This document shows, one piece after another, positions 27,573 through 37,654 of a stretch of 64,000 nt of DNA. The DNA lies in contig CP084167.1 in NCBI GenBank assembly GCA_021513715.1, positions 512,001-576,000 on the forward strand. Direction: 5' to 3'. The stretch is from Candidatus Heimdallarchaeum endolithica (GTDB taxonomy: Archaea > Asgardarchaeota > Heimdallarchaeia > Heimdallarchaeales > Heimdallarchaeaceae). The notes below the pieces were generated by a model. The model was not told the origin of the DNA. It saw only the letters and a program-made list of their open reading frames with translations, and searched no databases. Positions within the stretch are counted from its first letter, which is position 1. Each line of letters starts with the position of its first letter. Made by a program: the position numbers and the translations under genes.

Positions 27573-28274
27573 GTGCTTCAAGAACTGATTATGATTGATG
27601 GTCTTCTATCATTGATATTCTTTGCAATAGAATTTGCAATATTAATAATGGTAGTGCTTCTAAATAGAGATCACCCATACTTTTGGACTACAATTTCTCT
27701 ATTAGCATTACTTCAACTATATCAGCTATCTGAATTCTTAATTTGTAGTGGAATTGCACCAGCTATATTTATTCGAATTGGGTATGTAATTATTACTTTT
27801 CTTCCACCAACAGGATATTTTCTTTCATCTCAAATATCAGGATGGAAAAATAAAAGTAATATCTTAGGTAAAGATTACATACTGGGATTTATTTTGGGTT
27901 TAGGTTTTGCCATTTACTATCTAGTAGATACGGCTTCTGTTACACTTTTAGATTGCAACCCATTTTATGCAACTTATGATAGTAAATATTCTCTAGCTTA
28001 TGGTATTTTTTATTATGGATACATAATGTTTGGAATAGCGTTATTGTTTTATTCAATTGGCTTTGGAATATACAAAGAACAAAACTATCCTAACAAAAAA
28101 TATGCTATCCTTATTCTAATTGGATATCTATCTTTTCTTGTACCCATGCACTTAATGACTTTAATTGATGTGAGTTGGCTCAAAGTTGTTCCTTCAGTTA
28201 TGTGTAAATATGCTATTCTACTAGCAATAAGTTTGGGAATATTTAGTTTTATAAAAAAGACTAAAACAGAATAA
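27573..28274 (+). CDS. 7-TM membrane protein (sensor N-terminal-domain-like)
   Basis: About 7 hydrophobic helices, LQLYQLSEFLIC and FLPP motifs, no cytoplasmic output domain. Confidence 0.55.
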   Translation: MLQELIMIDGLLSLIFFAIEFAILIMVVLLNRDHPYFWTTISLLALLQLYQLSEFLICSGIAPAIFIRIGYVIITFLPPTGYFLSSQISGWKNKSNILGKDYILGFILGLGFAIYYLVDTASVTLLDCNPFYATYDSKYSLAYGIFYYGYIMFGIALLFYSIGFGIYKEQNYPNKKYAILILIGYLSFLVPMHLMTLIDVSWLKVVPSVMCKYAILLAISLGIFSFIKKTKTE

Positions 28275-28289
28275 TTCCTTTTCTTTTTT

Positions 28290-29195
28290 TTAAAGTGGTA
28301 CAGTTACAAATTTCATTTTGTTAATAATCATTAGCCCATTCATTATTAAAGTAGCACAAGCTTGTAAAAAAGCAGGAAAAGCAAAGTCTATAGTTATTTC
28401 ATCTAGAAGCGAAGAGTAGACAGCCAAGAGTTTCTTACTTGAGTTATCTTTTGCAAGAGAGATCAACTTTTTGTAAATTCTATGAGTTGTTAAATCAATT
28501 TCAGGAATTATTTCTCTCCAATTCTTTTGATAAATTTCAATTGTCGTTTCATTAGAATAAATAACAGAAATTGTTGAATTAAGTAGTAAATCTAGTTCCA
28601 ATAACTGACGGACTTGAGGAGTACTAACTAATCTTGTTTCTAAATAAGCAGCTACATAATGCAACATTTCTTCATCTAAAACAACTAAAGATTCAAAAGA
28701 ATTAGCAAGTTGTGTAAACCATGTATCTACAATTTCCTTATTTATAGCACTTGATACTTGGACAGTTATCTCAATAAAGCCTAAACGGGAAACATATCTA
28801 TACTCAATGCTCTGTACCTTAGCAATAACCTCTTCTTCAATAATATAGTGCGTTTGTCTTAAATGATCTTTAATTTTCAAACTTTGGAGGTTAAAAGGAG
28901 AATAACCAATAGAGTCAACATAGACTTTCCTTAAGTCTGATTTCTTTGGCATAGGAATATTTAATCCTTGTTCTTCCTTTTTTTCCTTCTTTTCTTTCTT
29001 TTTAGCTTGTACTTGAGACCTTACATTGAAATCTTCATCAACATAAAGAATTATTGCATCCAAAGAATCCTTGCAATCATGAACATCGACATAAGTTGTT
29101 AATCCTTCAACCCCTATTTCTACTACTAGTTCAGAAGGTATTTCCATTGTTCTCTTTTTACTACAATAGTTGCATTGATATGTAATTACAGCCAT
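28290..29195 (-). CDS. hypothetical protein, N-terminal CxxC...HxC Zn site, C-terminal winged-helix-like region; paralog of 33333-34244
   Basis: YQCNYC...YVDVHDC...LYVD..F.VRSQ and C-terminal K.KFVT shared with the paralog. Confidence 0.65.
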   Translation of the reverse strand: MAVITYQCNYCSKKRTMEIPSELVVEIGVEGLTTYVDVHDCKDSLDAIILYVDEDFNVRSQVQAKKKEKKEKKEEQGLNIPMPKKSDLRKVYVDSIGYSPFNLQSLKIKDHLRQTHYIIEEEVIAKVQSIEYRYVSRLGFIEITVQVSSAINKEIVDTWFTQLANSFESLVVLDEEMLHYVAAYLETRLVSTPQVRQLLELDLLLNSTISVIYSNETTIEIYQKNWREIIPEIDLTTHRIYKKLISLAKDNSSKKLLAVYSSLLDEITIDFAFPAFLQACATLIMNGLMIINKMKFVTVPL

Positions 29196-29278
29196 TTAGT
29201 CTCTAAAAAATTTAATTGTTCTGAGCCTATAAAAAATTTACTAGAAAAAGATAAAAGCAGTTTTTTTACTTGTGTGTA

Positions 29279-30145
29279 ATGAACAAATACCCTGTCTTCA
29301 TTCTCGCTGGAAGAGACAAGGAAAGAAGAGAAATAATGAAAAAAATGGATCCTAATGAAAAATATCAAATAAAAGCTCAACTTCCATTTTTGGGAAAAAG
29401 AGTAATAGATTTTGTCGTAGAAGCTCTTTATCAATCAAAGATGGTAGAAGAAGTATATATTGTAGGACAAAATAATGAAACTTTACCCTTTGATAACTTT
29501 CCGGTTAAGTATATTGAAGCAGATTACATTTCTGATATTAAAACTAAATATAATGCTATTTTAAATCATTTAGAGAGAGAAAATAAGAAACTAAACTACA
29601 TAATTTTTTGCTCTTCTGACTGTCCAGCAATAAGACCTGAACTAGTTGATCAATTCATCAAAGAAGTAGACTCTTGTGAGAATTGCGATTTTATAATGTC
29701 TATTGTTCCAAATGAAAGAGTTGTAGAACTATATGGTAAATCTAATAGAGTTGTGGGTAAATTTACTGATGCAGAAGTATTTCCTGGAGAAATGTATGCT
29801 CTTTCTCCACGAGCAATAAAAGTAGGAACAAAAGAAATAGAAATTTTATCTAACAGACGAAGGAATAGAACTTTTTGGGGAACAGCTTCTTATATCGTTA
29901 AAAAGGCGCTAAAGAAACCTTCAACTTGGTTTAAGATTCTTAAATTAGTTTTTAAAAGAGCAAGTTTAGAAGATGCAAAAATTATTTTTGAAAAAGTATT
30001 TGAAATAAGAGGAAAAGCAGTGATTATCGATGACATTGGATTTGGTTACGATCTTGACTTAGTAGAAGATTATGAAAGATTAGAAAAACTAATTGTTCAA
30101 AGAGAAAACGAAATAAAAAAGAGGACTGTTTTACAAAAAAATTAA
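29279..30145 (+). CDS. MobA/GlmU-like NTP transferase
   Basis: VFILAG, KAQLPFLGKRVIDFVVEAL, FCSSDCP, GYDLD..EDY. Confidence 0.8.
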   Translation: MNKYPVFILAGRDKERREIMKKMDPNEKYQIKAQLPFLGKRVIDFVVEALYQSKMVEEVYIVGQNNETLPFDNFPVKYIEADYISDIKTKYNAILNHLERENKKLNYIIFCSSDCPAIRPELVDQFIKEVDSCENCDFIMSIVPNERVVELYGKSNRVVGKFTDAEVFPGEMYALSPRAIKVGTKEIEILSNRRRNRTFWGTASYIVKKALKKPSTWFKILKLVFKRASLEDAKIIFEKVFEIRGKAVIIDDIGFGYDLDLVEDYERLEKLIVQRENEIKKRTVLQKN

Positions 30146-30170
30146 AAATGAAGTTCGAATCATTAATATT

Positions 30171-31127
30171 ATGAAAAAAAAATACTTTTCTTTTTTTATC
30201 ATAGCAATTTTTATTGCTTCAATATTGAATAGTGTTTCAATATTAGCTGAAACAGCTCCTGATGAGCTTGAACTTAAAGAAGGAACTTATGTGAAAGGTA
30301 GATATTATACTGATGCAGATAATGAGACTATTTCTACAATTACTTTATCTGTTACAAAAATATGGAATATAACTAATTCTCTTGATGTTATTGCAATAGA
30401 ACAAAAGATGGAATACCCTTCTGGTTCAACAGATATTTTCTTTGGTTCAACTTATTCTACTATCATTATGACAGAACTAGTTTGGAAGCATAATCGTACT
30501 GTTATCTATCCTGCAGCTAAATTAAAACTCGTAAATAGTTCTGATACTATTGAAGCTACAATTTTAGATAATCCTGATTATGAATCTATGATGGATGTAG
30601 ATAACTTGAAGGTAGTCTTAAAAGATGGAACTAGTTATAGAATAGGAGAAATTGACAATTCTAACCCTGATTACTCTAAAGTAATAGGAATGGCTTTTGC
30701 ATGGGCAATAATAAATGCTATGTTGATCATTGGTTATACTTACACATGGTTAGCGATCAGTCCTGATACTGAAGACACGCAGACTGTAAATTATAGAAAT
30801 GGAACTGCCTCAGTTGAAGATATTAGTTCCTTTACTGTAGGAGGAAAGAAATACTCAACTGTTCATCTACAACAAAGCAAAAAGAAAGTTACTAGCGGAA
30901 TTTTCTCTAACTATTTCAACGAAGTAGATGCATACTATGAAACAAAAACAGGTTTTTTAATTAAATGGAAAGAAAAAGATTATGATACTGATGAACTCTA
31001 CATTTTCGAACCCAGTGAAATAGAAATAAAAGCTTCACTAATTGGAAACATAGACTTTTCTATTTATGGAGCTCTAGTTGCTTTTGCAGTCCTTTCTTTC
31101 GCAGTTGTTGCAAGAAAGAAAAAATAA
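30171..31127 (+). CDS. secreted surface protein with C-terminal membrane anchor
   Basis: Signal peptide, YYETKTGFLI motif, C-terminal TM followed by RKKK. Confidence 0.72.
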   Translation: MKKKYFSFFIIAIFIASILNSVSILAETAPDELELKEGTYVKGRYYTDADNETISTITLSVTKIWNITNSLDVIAIEQKMEYPSGSTDIFFGSTYSTIIMTELVWKHNRTVIYPAAKLKLVNSSDTIEATILDNPDYESMMDVDNLKVVLKDGTSYRIGEIDNSNPDYSKVIGMAFAWAIINAMLIIGYTYTWLAISPDTEDTQTVNYRNGTASVEDISSFTVGGKKYSTVHLQQSKKKVTSGIFSNYFNEVDAYYETKTGFLIKWKEKDYDTDELYIFEPSEIEIKASLIGNIDFSIYGALVAFAVLSFAVVARKKK

Positions 31128-31201
31128 TATCTATTTATTTTTCTCTTTTTTTTTATAAGAGGAAATTTAAATATTAGCTATTTATTTATTTTTGAGAAGG
31201 A

Positions 31202-32431
31202 ATGAAACATATTTCAGAAGACATTTTAGGAACTTTAAGTTTAGAATTAAAAGGTAAGACTATTGTTCACTGTGTAACTAGTTCTATTTCTTGCTTTCTT
31301 GCACCAATGATAAGTAGATTACTAATGAGACATGGTGCAAAAGTTATTCCAGTTCTCTCTCCTGAAGCTGCAAAGTTTGTTCATCCTATGATTTTTGAGT
31401 GGGCAACAGGAAATGAACCAATAGTAACAATAGAAGGAAAAGTAGAACATGTCCATTACGCAGGATTATCAAAAGAAAAAGCTGATTTGATACTTATTGC
31501 TCCTATAACTGCTAATTCACTTTCTAAAATAGCAAATGGAATTATGGACACATCTGTTACTCTGACAGCAGGAACAGCTTTGGGAAACAATATTCCTATG
31601 ATAATTGTTCCTACTATGCATGAAGTTATGCTTTACAATCCTGCTGTAAAAGAAAATATTAAAAAGTTAGAGAAGATGGGTGTTAAAGTCTTAATGCCCT
31701 TGATTGAAGAAGAAAAAGCTAAAATTCCTTCAGAAGAATATATAGTTAATGAAATTCTAAAAGAACTAACTGAACAATCGTTCAAAAACACTTCTGTTTT
31801 AGTAACTGCTGGACCTACTAGAGCATATATAGATGGAATAAGGTTTATTAGCAATCCTTCAAGTGGAAAAATGGGTTTTGCTTTAGCATTTGAAGCTTGG
31901 AAAAAAGGTGCTAAAGTAAAGGTTGTTTATGGGGCTACAGAACTTTCTCCAGAAAAGAATTTAGAAGAAAAGGTATATGTTGAAAGACCAGAAGAAATGT
32001 ATTCAGAGGTTTTAGAATCATTAAAAAAAGAAAAATTTGATCTTGTAATCCTTGCAGCAGCTATGAACGACTTTGCAGCAGAGGAGATACCAGATGAAAA
32101 AATCAAGTCAAAGTCAGAATGGGTTCTTAAACTGAAGCCTGTAGCCAAATTAGCAGACAAAATAAAAGAGATTTTACCAGAAACAACATTAGTTTTATTT
32201 AAAGCAGAATATGCAAAGACAGATGAAGAATTAGTTAAAATAGCTAAACAAAGACTAGAAAAAGCTCAAGCAGACTATATTGTTGCTAACGATGTTTCTG
32301 TAAAAAAGTATGGATTTGCAAGTGACCAAAATAGGGTAGCTTTGATATCAAAAAACTCAGAAAAAGTCCAATGGTTTGAAGGAAGTAAAAAAGAAGTAGC
32401 AAGAAAAATACTAGAAAATATCAAAAAATAG
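31202..32431 (+). CDS. coaBC: bifunctional phosphopantothenoylcysteine decarboxylase/synthetase
   Basis: IAPITANSLSKIANGIMD, VPTMH, VLVTAGPT...DGIRFISNPSSGKMG, YIVANDV. Confidence 0.95.
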   Translation: MKHISEDILGTLSLELKGKTIVHCVTSSISCFLAPMISRLLMRHGAKVIPVLSPEAAKFVHPMIFEWATGNEPIVTIEGKVEHVHYAGLSKEKADLILIAPITANSLSKIANGIMDTSVTLTAGTALGNNIPMIIVPTMHEVMLYNPAVKENIKKLEKMGVKVLMPLIEEEKAKIPSEEYIVNEILKELTEQSFKNTSVLVTAGPTRAYIDGIRFISNPSSGKMGFALAFEAWKKGAKVKVVYGATELSPEKNLEEKVYVERPEEMYSEVLESLKKEKFDLVILAAAMNDFAAEEIPDEKIKSKSEWVLKLKPVAKLADKIKEILPETTLVLFKAEYAKTDEELVKIAKQRLEKAQADYIVANDVSVKKYGFASDQNRVALISKNSEKVQWFEGSKKEVARKILENIKK

Positions 32432-32459
32432 TAAAAAGAAAAAAAAATCATTTATTTTT

Positions 32460-33191
32460 TCAGTTACTTGAAACAACAGGAACTTCTGTTAGTTTATTGT
32501 TTTTTCTATGGTCAATAATGAAGTTAAGCAAAAACAATACTGGTATTCCAGAATTGAATTCTAACAAACTGTCGAAAAGAATAATGGACAAACTTCCTTC
32601 AATTGGTCTTATTCCTGAGATGTGTAATGTAAATTCCATTCCAAAGTGAACTAAAATACCTATTAAGAAGAGATAACCTATTCTCAAATAAGAAAAGTCT
32701 TTCATTGGTTCATAGAACCATTTAACTAAAAGAATTATAAGATAGCCTATCCCAACCATCAGAATCTGTGTTAACCTTGCATTTGTCATATCTCTGTAAA
32801 TAGAAATTGTGCGATCATCAAAAGGGATATATTGAGACATAAAAGCTGAAATTATCCAACCTAAATATAGAAAAACTGTCCAGAAAAAAGCTTTCTTTAC
32901 ATTTTTTGATCTAATCATAATTACAGCATAAGAAAATTCTATTACTCCATAAGTAAAAGAAAAGTATAACAAGAATAAGTCAGACTGTAAGGGGGCATCA
33001 ATAACCCTTGTTCCCTTTAGATGAAGCCAAATAACATCATCTGTAAAGAAAACTACCATGAATCCGAATAGTCCAAAGAAAAATTCTCTATAGTATTTTT
33101 TCCTTAGTAAAACTAAAATCCAAATTAGACAGAATAATAAATCGAAATAAATAAAATCGAAATTAAACACTCTGGCAACAATATTATTCAT
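32460..33191 (-). CDS. hypothetical multi-pass membrane protein
   Basis: About 7 hydrophobic segments; no motif recognised. Confidence 0.65.
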   Translation of the reverse strand: MNNIVARVFNFDFIYFDLLFCLIWILVLLRKKYYREFFFGLFGFMVVFFTDDVIWLHLKGTRVIDAPLQSDLFLLYFSFTYGVIEFSYAVIMIRSKNVKKAFFWTVFLYLGWIISAFMSQYIPFDDRTISIYRDMTNARLTQILMVGIGYLIILLVKWFYEPMKDFSYLRIGYLFLIGILVHFGMEFTLHISGIRPIEGSLSIILFDSLLEFNSGIPVLFLLNFIIDHRKNNKLTEVPVVSSN

Positions 33192-33332
33192 TAATTTCGA
33201 GACAATTTGTGTGGTTAATAAGATTTATCTACATTTTTATGGAATTTAATTTTTAATTAATTGTATTTGATATGTTTTTGCTGTGACAATGAATAGTGTT
33301 ATAAATTCTCTCTTTAGAGTCAAGATGGGAAA

Positions 33333-34244
33333 TTGAATAGGCAAATAGAATATCAATGTAATCAATGTAAGAAATTAAGAATGCTACTTATTTCAGATGC
33401 AATTGAACTCAAAAGTTTTATGCACGATGTCGGAACTATAGAATTTGTTGATGTTCACGAATGTATAAACAACAAAATCAAAGCATCCCTACTTTATGTT
33501 GACACTCATCACAAAGTTCGATCTCAGTGGATAATAGAAGCAGAAGAAAATGGTTATTCTGATGCTAAGTTAGGAGTAGATATGTCAATTCCAGTTACTC
33601 CAAAAGCTGATCTTCCAAAGATACAGATTGTGCCTACTTCAGATTTTGGTTCATTCAATTTAAAGGGATTTAAGATTAAAGATAAACTACGACAATGTTA
33701 TTTTTTACTTAATGAGAATTCAAAAGGAGAAAAAATTAAAGCTATATCACCTTTAAAATTCATAGAATTTGAAGCTACTATTGCTCCAGAAATAGATAAA
33801 AAAATAGCTGAACTTTGGATAAAAAGAACAGCCAAGTTGATTGAAAGTGTTCCTATTTTAGAAGAAATAGTTATTACTTTTCTTCCTTCATACCTTGATA
33901 ATTTTATTACTTTTGAACCAAAAGAAAGAGAAATAAATGAACTAGAATTACTTTTTAATTCCCCTATAAGTGTAATTTACACATCACAAAACAAAAAAAG
34001 TCTTTTTCAAGAAAATTGGAAAACTATTTGCCCAGATATAGGAAGTACAGGATATAGAATGTACTATTCAATATTGAGAGAATGCGCAGATGAACTTGAA
34101 AAATCTATTATCGATGTTTATTTCCAAATAGGCTCACAATATACATTTCCTTACTTTTTGGCTTCAATTAATGAGCTAATTTCACTAGACTTGATCTGCT
34201 TTGAAAAATTTGAATTTGTTACTATAAAACAACCAGATAATTAA
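33333..34244 (+). CDS. hypothetical protein, N-terminal CxxC...HxC Zn site; paralog of 28290-29195
   Basis: YQCNQC...FVDVHEC...LYVD..HKVRSQ; FNLKGFKIKDKLRQ versus FNLQSLKIKDHLRQ in the paralog. Confidence 0.65.
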   Translation: MNRQIEYQCNQCKKLRMLLISDAIELKSFMHDVGTIEFVDVHECINNKIKASLLYVDTHHKVRSQWIIEAEENGYSDAKLGVDMSIPVTPKADLPKIQIVPTSDFGSFNLKGFKIKDKLRQCYFLLNENSKGEKIKAISPLKFIEFEATIAPEIDKKIAELWIKRTAKLIESVPILEEIVITFLPSYLDNFITFEPKEREINELELLFNSPISVIYTSQNKKSLFQENWKTICPDIGSTGYRMYYSILRECADELEKSIIDVYFQIGSQYTFPYFLASINELISLDLICFEKFEFVTIKQPDN

Positions 34245-34338
34245 AAGAAATATTAAATAAACAATTGATTGTTTATTCATTTTCAAGATTTTTTTGATAA
34301 ATAGGACACATTTAAAAAGGGGAACAAAGAAAAACCCT

Positions 34339-36721
34339 ATGAAATAAAAAAGATATTTTTTCTCTACTATTTTCATAACTTTAATTGTATTTGCTGTTCC
34401 AAAAGGATTATACAAAGAGGTTGAAGCAGGATATACACAATCAACTCCTATTAACATATATTCAGATTCAGACTTAGAAAGTCATTCATTTCCTGGTTCA
34501 GGAACTGAAGCTGACCCGTATATTATAGAAAATTATAACATAACAGTTACAAGTGGATATGCTATTTTAATTAGAGCAACAACAAAATATGTAGTTATTC
34601 GAAACAACTTTATTCTGGCTTCAGATTCAGGAAATGGTATATACATTTTTTCTGGTGCAGCTAACAGTGTTCAATTAGTAAATAATACAATTGTAAATGG
34701 ATATAATGGAATTTATGTTAGTTCAGGAGGAGGAGGAATTCTGATTGAAAATAATACTGTAACAGGAGGAGAATCTGCTTATTATCTAATGACAACACCA
34801 AACATTAATTTTACAAATAATAAGGCTATTAATCCCACAAAATATGGTCTTAGAACTTATAATTTAAATTATTTCAGAATGGATAATAATACCTTAATAG
34901 GTGCAGGAATAAGTCTAAGTACAAACAGTTTGTCTTTATATCCCAATTATGATTTTGAAAATAATACTATTAATGGAAAACAATTAAAATTTTTGTATTC
35001 TGCCTCAGACCAAGTATTAGATAAAAATCAATATGGACAGATAATAATAGCAGATAGTACAAATATAACCATCAGAAATTATATTTCGAGTAAAAATTCA
35101 TTTGGTGTCTATATCTACTATTCAGAAAATATAACTATTGAAAATAGTTTCTTTTCTAAAAGCATTTCATCAATTAAATCATTGCATTCTTCAAATATAA
35201 AAATAAGAAATGTAACAATTGAAAATATGCTCGAATTCGGCTCTTATTTCGATAATTCACATGATGTTATTATAGAAGACTCTTTTGTTAATAACTCTAT
35301 TAGTGGACAATATATTAGAAATTCCTATCAGTTTGAAATCAAAAATGTCAGCTTTATGGATAATAATAATTATGGTATTTATTTATGGCACACTTCAAGT
35401 ATAAATATTACTGATTCAAACTTTTCTAACTGTAAAGATGGACTATTTTTAAAAGATTCAGAAATAATCAAATTAGAAAGCAATATATTTTCAGATTGTT
35501 ATCATTCTGGTATTTATCTCTATGTTTCAGACAATGTAATAATTAAGAATAACATTCTAAACAACTGTGGTGTGAATCTTATTCATAATAGTGTTGAATG
35601 GAACTATGAGTTTGAAAATAATATAGTAAACGGAAAGCCTTTAGGGGTATTTTACAATGAAACAGGTTTAACTATTGATTCTTCCTATTCTCAATTAATT
35701 TTAATAAATTGTACAGATTTTACTATTGAAAACGCTATTTTATCTCAAATTGAAACTGGAATTAACATTATTTATGGAGATAATATACTAATAAAAAACA
35801 CTTCTATCTACAACTTTACACAATATGGAATAAAGGTAGAATATTCAAAAAACATTGATATGCGAGAATTATACATTGATGGAGAAAATAAAGAAGTATA
35901 TGGATTGTATGCTTATAATGTTTCAACTATTTTTCTAAATCATTCAATCTTTACCCAATGTATCTATAGTTCTATTTATGGAGAAGAAGTAGCTGACTCA
36001 TTGTTTACCTATAATATCTTTAATAATAACACTGAATATACATTATATTTGTCTTATTGCACTAATCTTTCAATTTACGGTAATGATTTCTTACTTAACG
36101 TTGATGATCCTTATATTGAAGATTCTAGTGATTGTTATTTTTTATAATTCTGAATTAGAAATAGGAAACTGTTATTCAAAATGGAATGGTTCTTCTAGAT
36201 ATCCTATTGAAACAGATTATGGTTTCATTTATGATGAATTTCCAATTAATGATACAGATAGAGATCAATTAAATGATAGTTTAGAAGTATTTAATTATGA
36301 AACAGACCCATTTCTTGCTGACTCTGATGGAGACTTACTCAATGATTTCGATGAATTAATAAATTATGGAACTAATCCTAACTCTTCTGATACTGACGAA
36401 GATGGTATGCCTGACAAATGGGAAGTAGACAATAGTCTTGACCCGACTACAGATGATACTGATGAAGACCCTGATAATGATGGATTAACTAATATACAAG
36501 AATACTTGAATAACACAGACCCCAACAATCCAGATACTGATGGAGATGGGTACTCAGACTCTGAAGAAATAGAGAAAGGCTCTAACCCTACGGATAATAC
36601 AGATAAACCTCTTAATTTGGGATTAATTCTTGGTTTATCCCTTGGTATTCCAGTTGTAATTATTGCTACCTCTTTATTCATAATGAAGAAAAAAGGTTTA
36701 CTTTTCTTTAGGAAGAAGTAA
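34339..36721 (+). pseudogene. disrupted NosD beta-helix + DxDxDG stalk + TM surface protein
   Basis: ATG AAA TAA at 34339-34347 interrupts a signal peptide (MK*KRYFFSTIF...GSGTEADPYII) that is in frame with ORF 34789. An extra T in the T6 run at 36138-36143 splits 34789-36147 from 36083-36721. Confidence 0.8.
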
Positions 36722-36766
36722 ATTTTTTTATTTTTTATTTTTCAACAAAAAGGATAAGAAAAGAAG

Positions 36767-37654
36767 TTAATAGAATTCTTTAGTTATAATTTCTATTTGT
36801 TCATCGCTTAAACCTAATTCTTCATGTGCAGGAATATATCCTTGGTTTAAGGCAAAATCTCTTTCCTCGTATGTTGTTTTGTTTTCAATTTGGTAAAAAA
36901 TTCCTATTGGCAAATGATCCCTTACAAATCTTTGATTAGCTAAATCTAGAGCCGCATGGAAATCTTCTTTGTCGTGTTCTGTTTCTTCAATTTTATATAT
37001 TCTTGCTCTAAAGAAATCAAAAGTCTGGTTTTTGTTGAAAGTTATACATGGACTAAAAACATCAACAAATGCAAATCCTCTGTGTTGTATTGCTTCTTTA
37101 AAGATATATTGTAAGTGTTTTGCATCACCGCTAAATCCTCTTGCCACAAAAGTTGCACCAGCAGAAATTGCTAAAGAAACTGGATTCAAAGGATTTTCAA
37201 TACTTCCTCTCGGGGTAGTTTTTGTTAATGTTCCAACTGGAGAAGTAGGAGAAGCTTGACCTGTTGTTAAACCGTAAATGAAATTGTTGGAAACTATTGT
37301 TATAATGTCTACATTTCTTCTACAAGCGTGTAAGAAGTGATTCCCTCCTATTCCATATATATCTCCATCCCCACCATAAACCAAAACAGTTAATTTAGGA
37401 TTAGCAAGTCTTACACCTGTTGCAACAGGAATTCCTCTACCATGTACGGTTTGCATCCCATAAACATTTAAGAAATTGGGCATATGAGAAGAACATCCAA
37501 TTCCTGAAGCTAATACAACATTTTCAGGAGGAATTTCAAGTTCAGCTAGAGCAGCTCGTATAGCTCTCCATTGAGCAAAGTTCCCACAACCAGGACACCA
37601 TGTGGGCCTAAAATCGCTTTTATAATCATCAGCTTTATATTTTCTTTCAGTCAT
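36767..37654 (-). CDS. korB: 2-oxoacid:ferredoxin oxidoreductase beta subunit
   Basis: PTWCPGCGNF, SGIGCS, HGR, GGDGD, NNFIYGLTTGQASPT. Start likely ATG 37654, overlapping the alpha stop. Substrate not determinable. Confidence 0.92.
   Translation of the reverse strand: MTERKYKADDYKSDFRPTWCPGCGNFAQWRAIRAALAELEIPPENVVLASGIGCSSHMPNFLNVYGMQTVHGRGIPVATGVRLANPKLTVLVYGGDGDIYGIGGNHFLHACRRNVDIITIVSNNFIYGLTTGQASPTSPVGTLTKTTPRGSIENPLNPVSLAISAGATFVARGFSGDAKHLQYIFKEAIQHRGFAFVDVFSPCITFNKNQTFDFFRARIYKIEETEHDKEDFHAALDLANQRFVRDHLPIGIFYQIENKTTYEERDFALNQGYIPAHEELGLSDEQIEIITKEFY

Noticed and set aside
29186-29434. Minus-strand 82-aa ORF, and similar short overlapping ORFs elsewhere (e.g. 34185-34457, 52016-52330)
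   Set aside because: They overlap better-supported genes on the opposite strand, are low complexity, and show no motifs.
34789-36721. Two independent genes 34789-36147 and 36083-36721 as listed in the ORF track
   Set aside because: They are fragments of a single disrupted gene starting at 34339.
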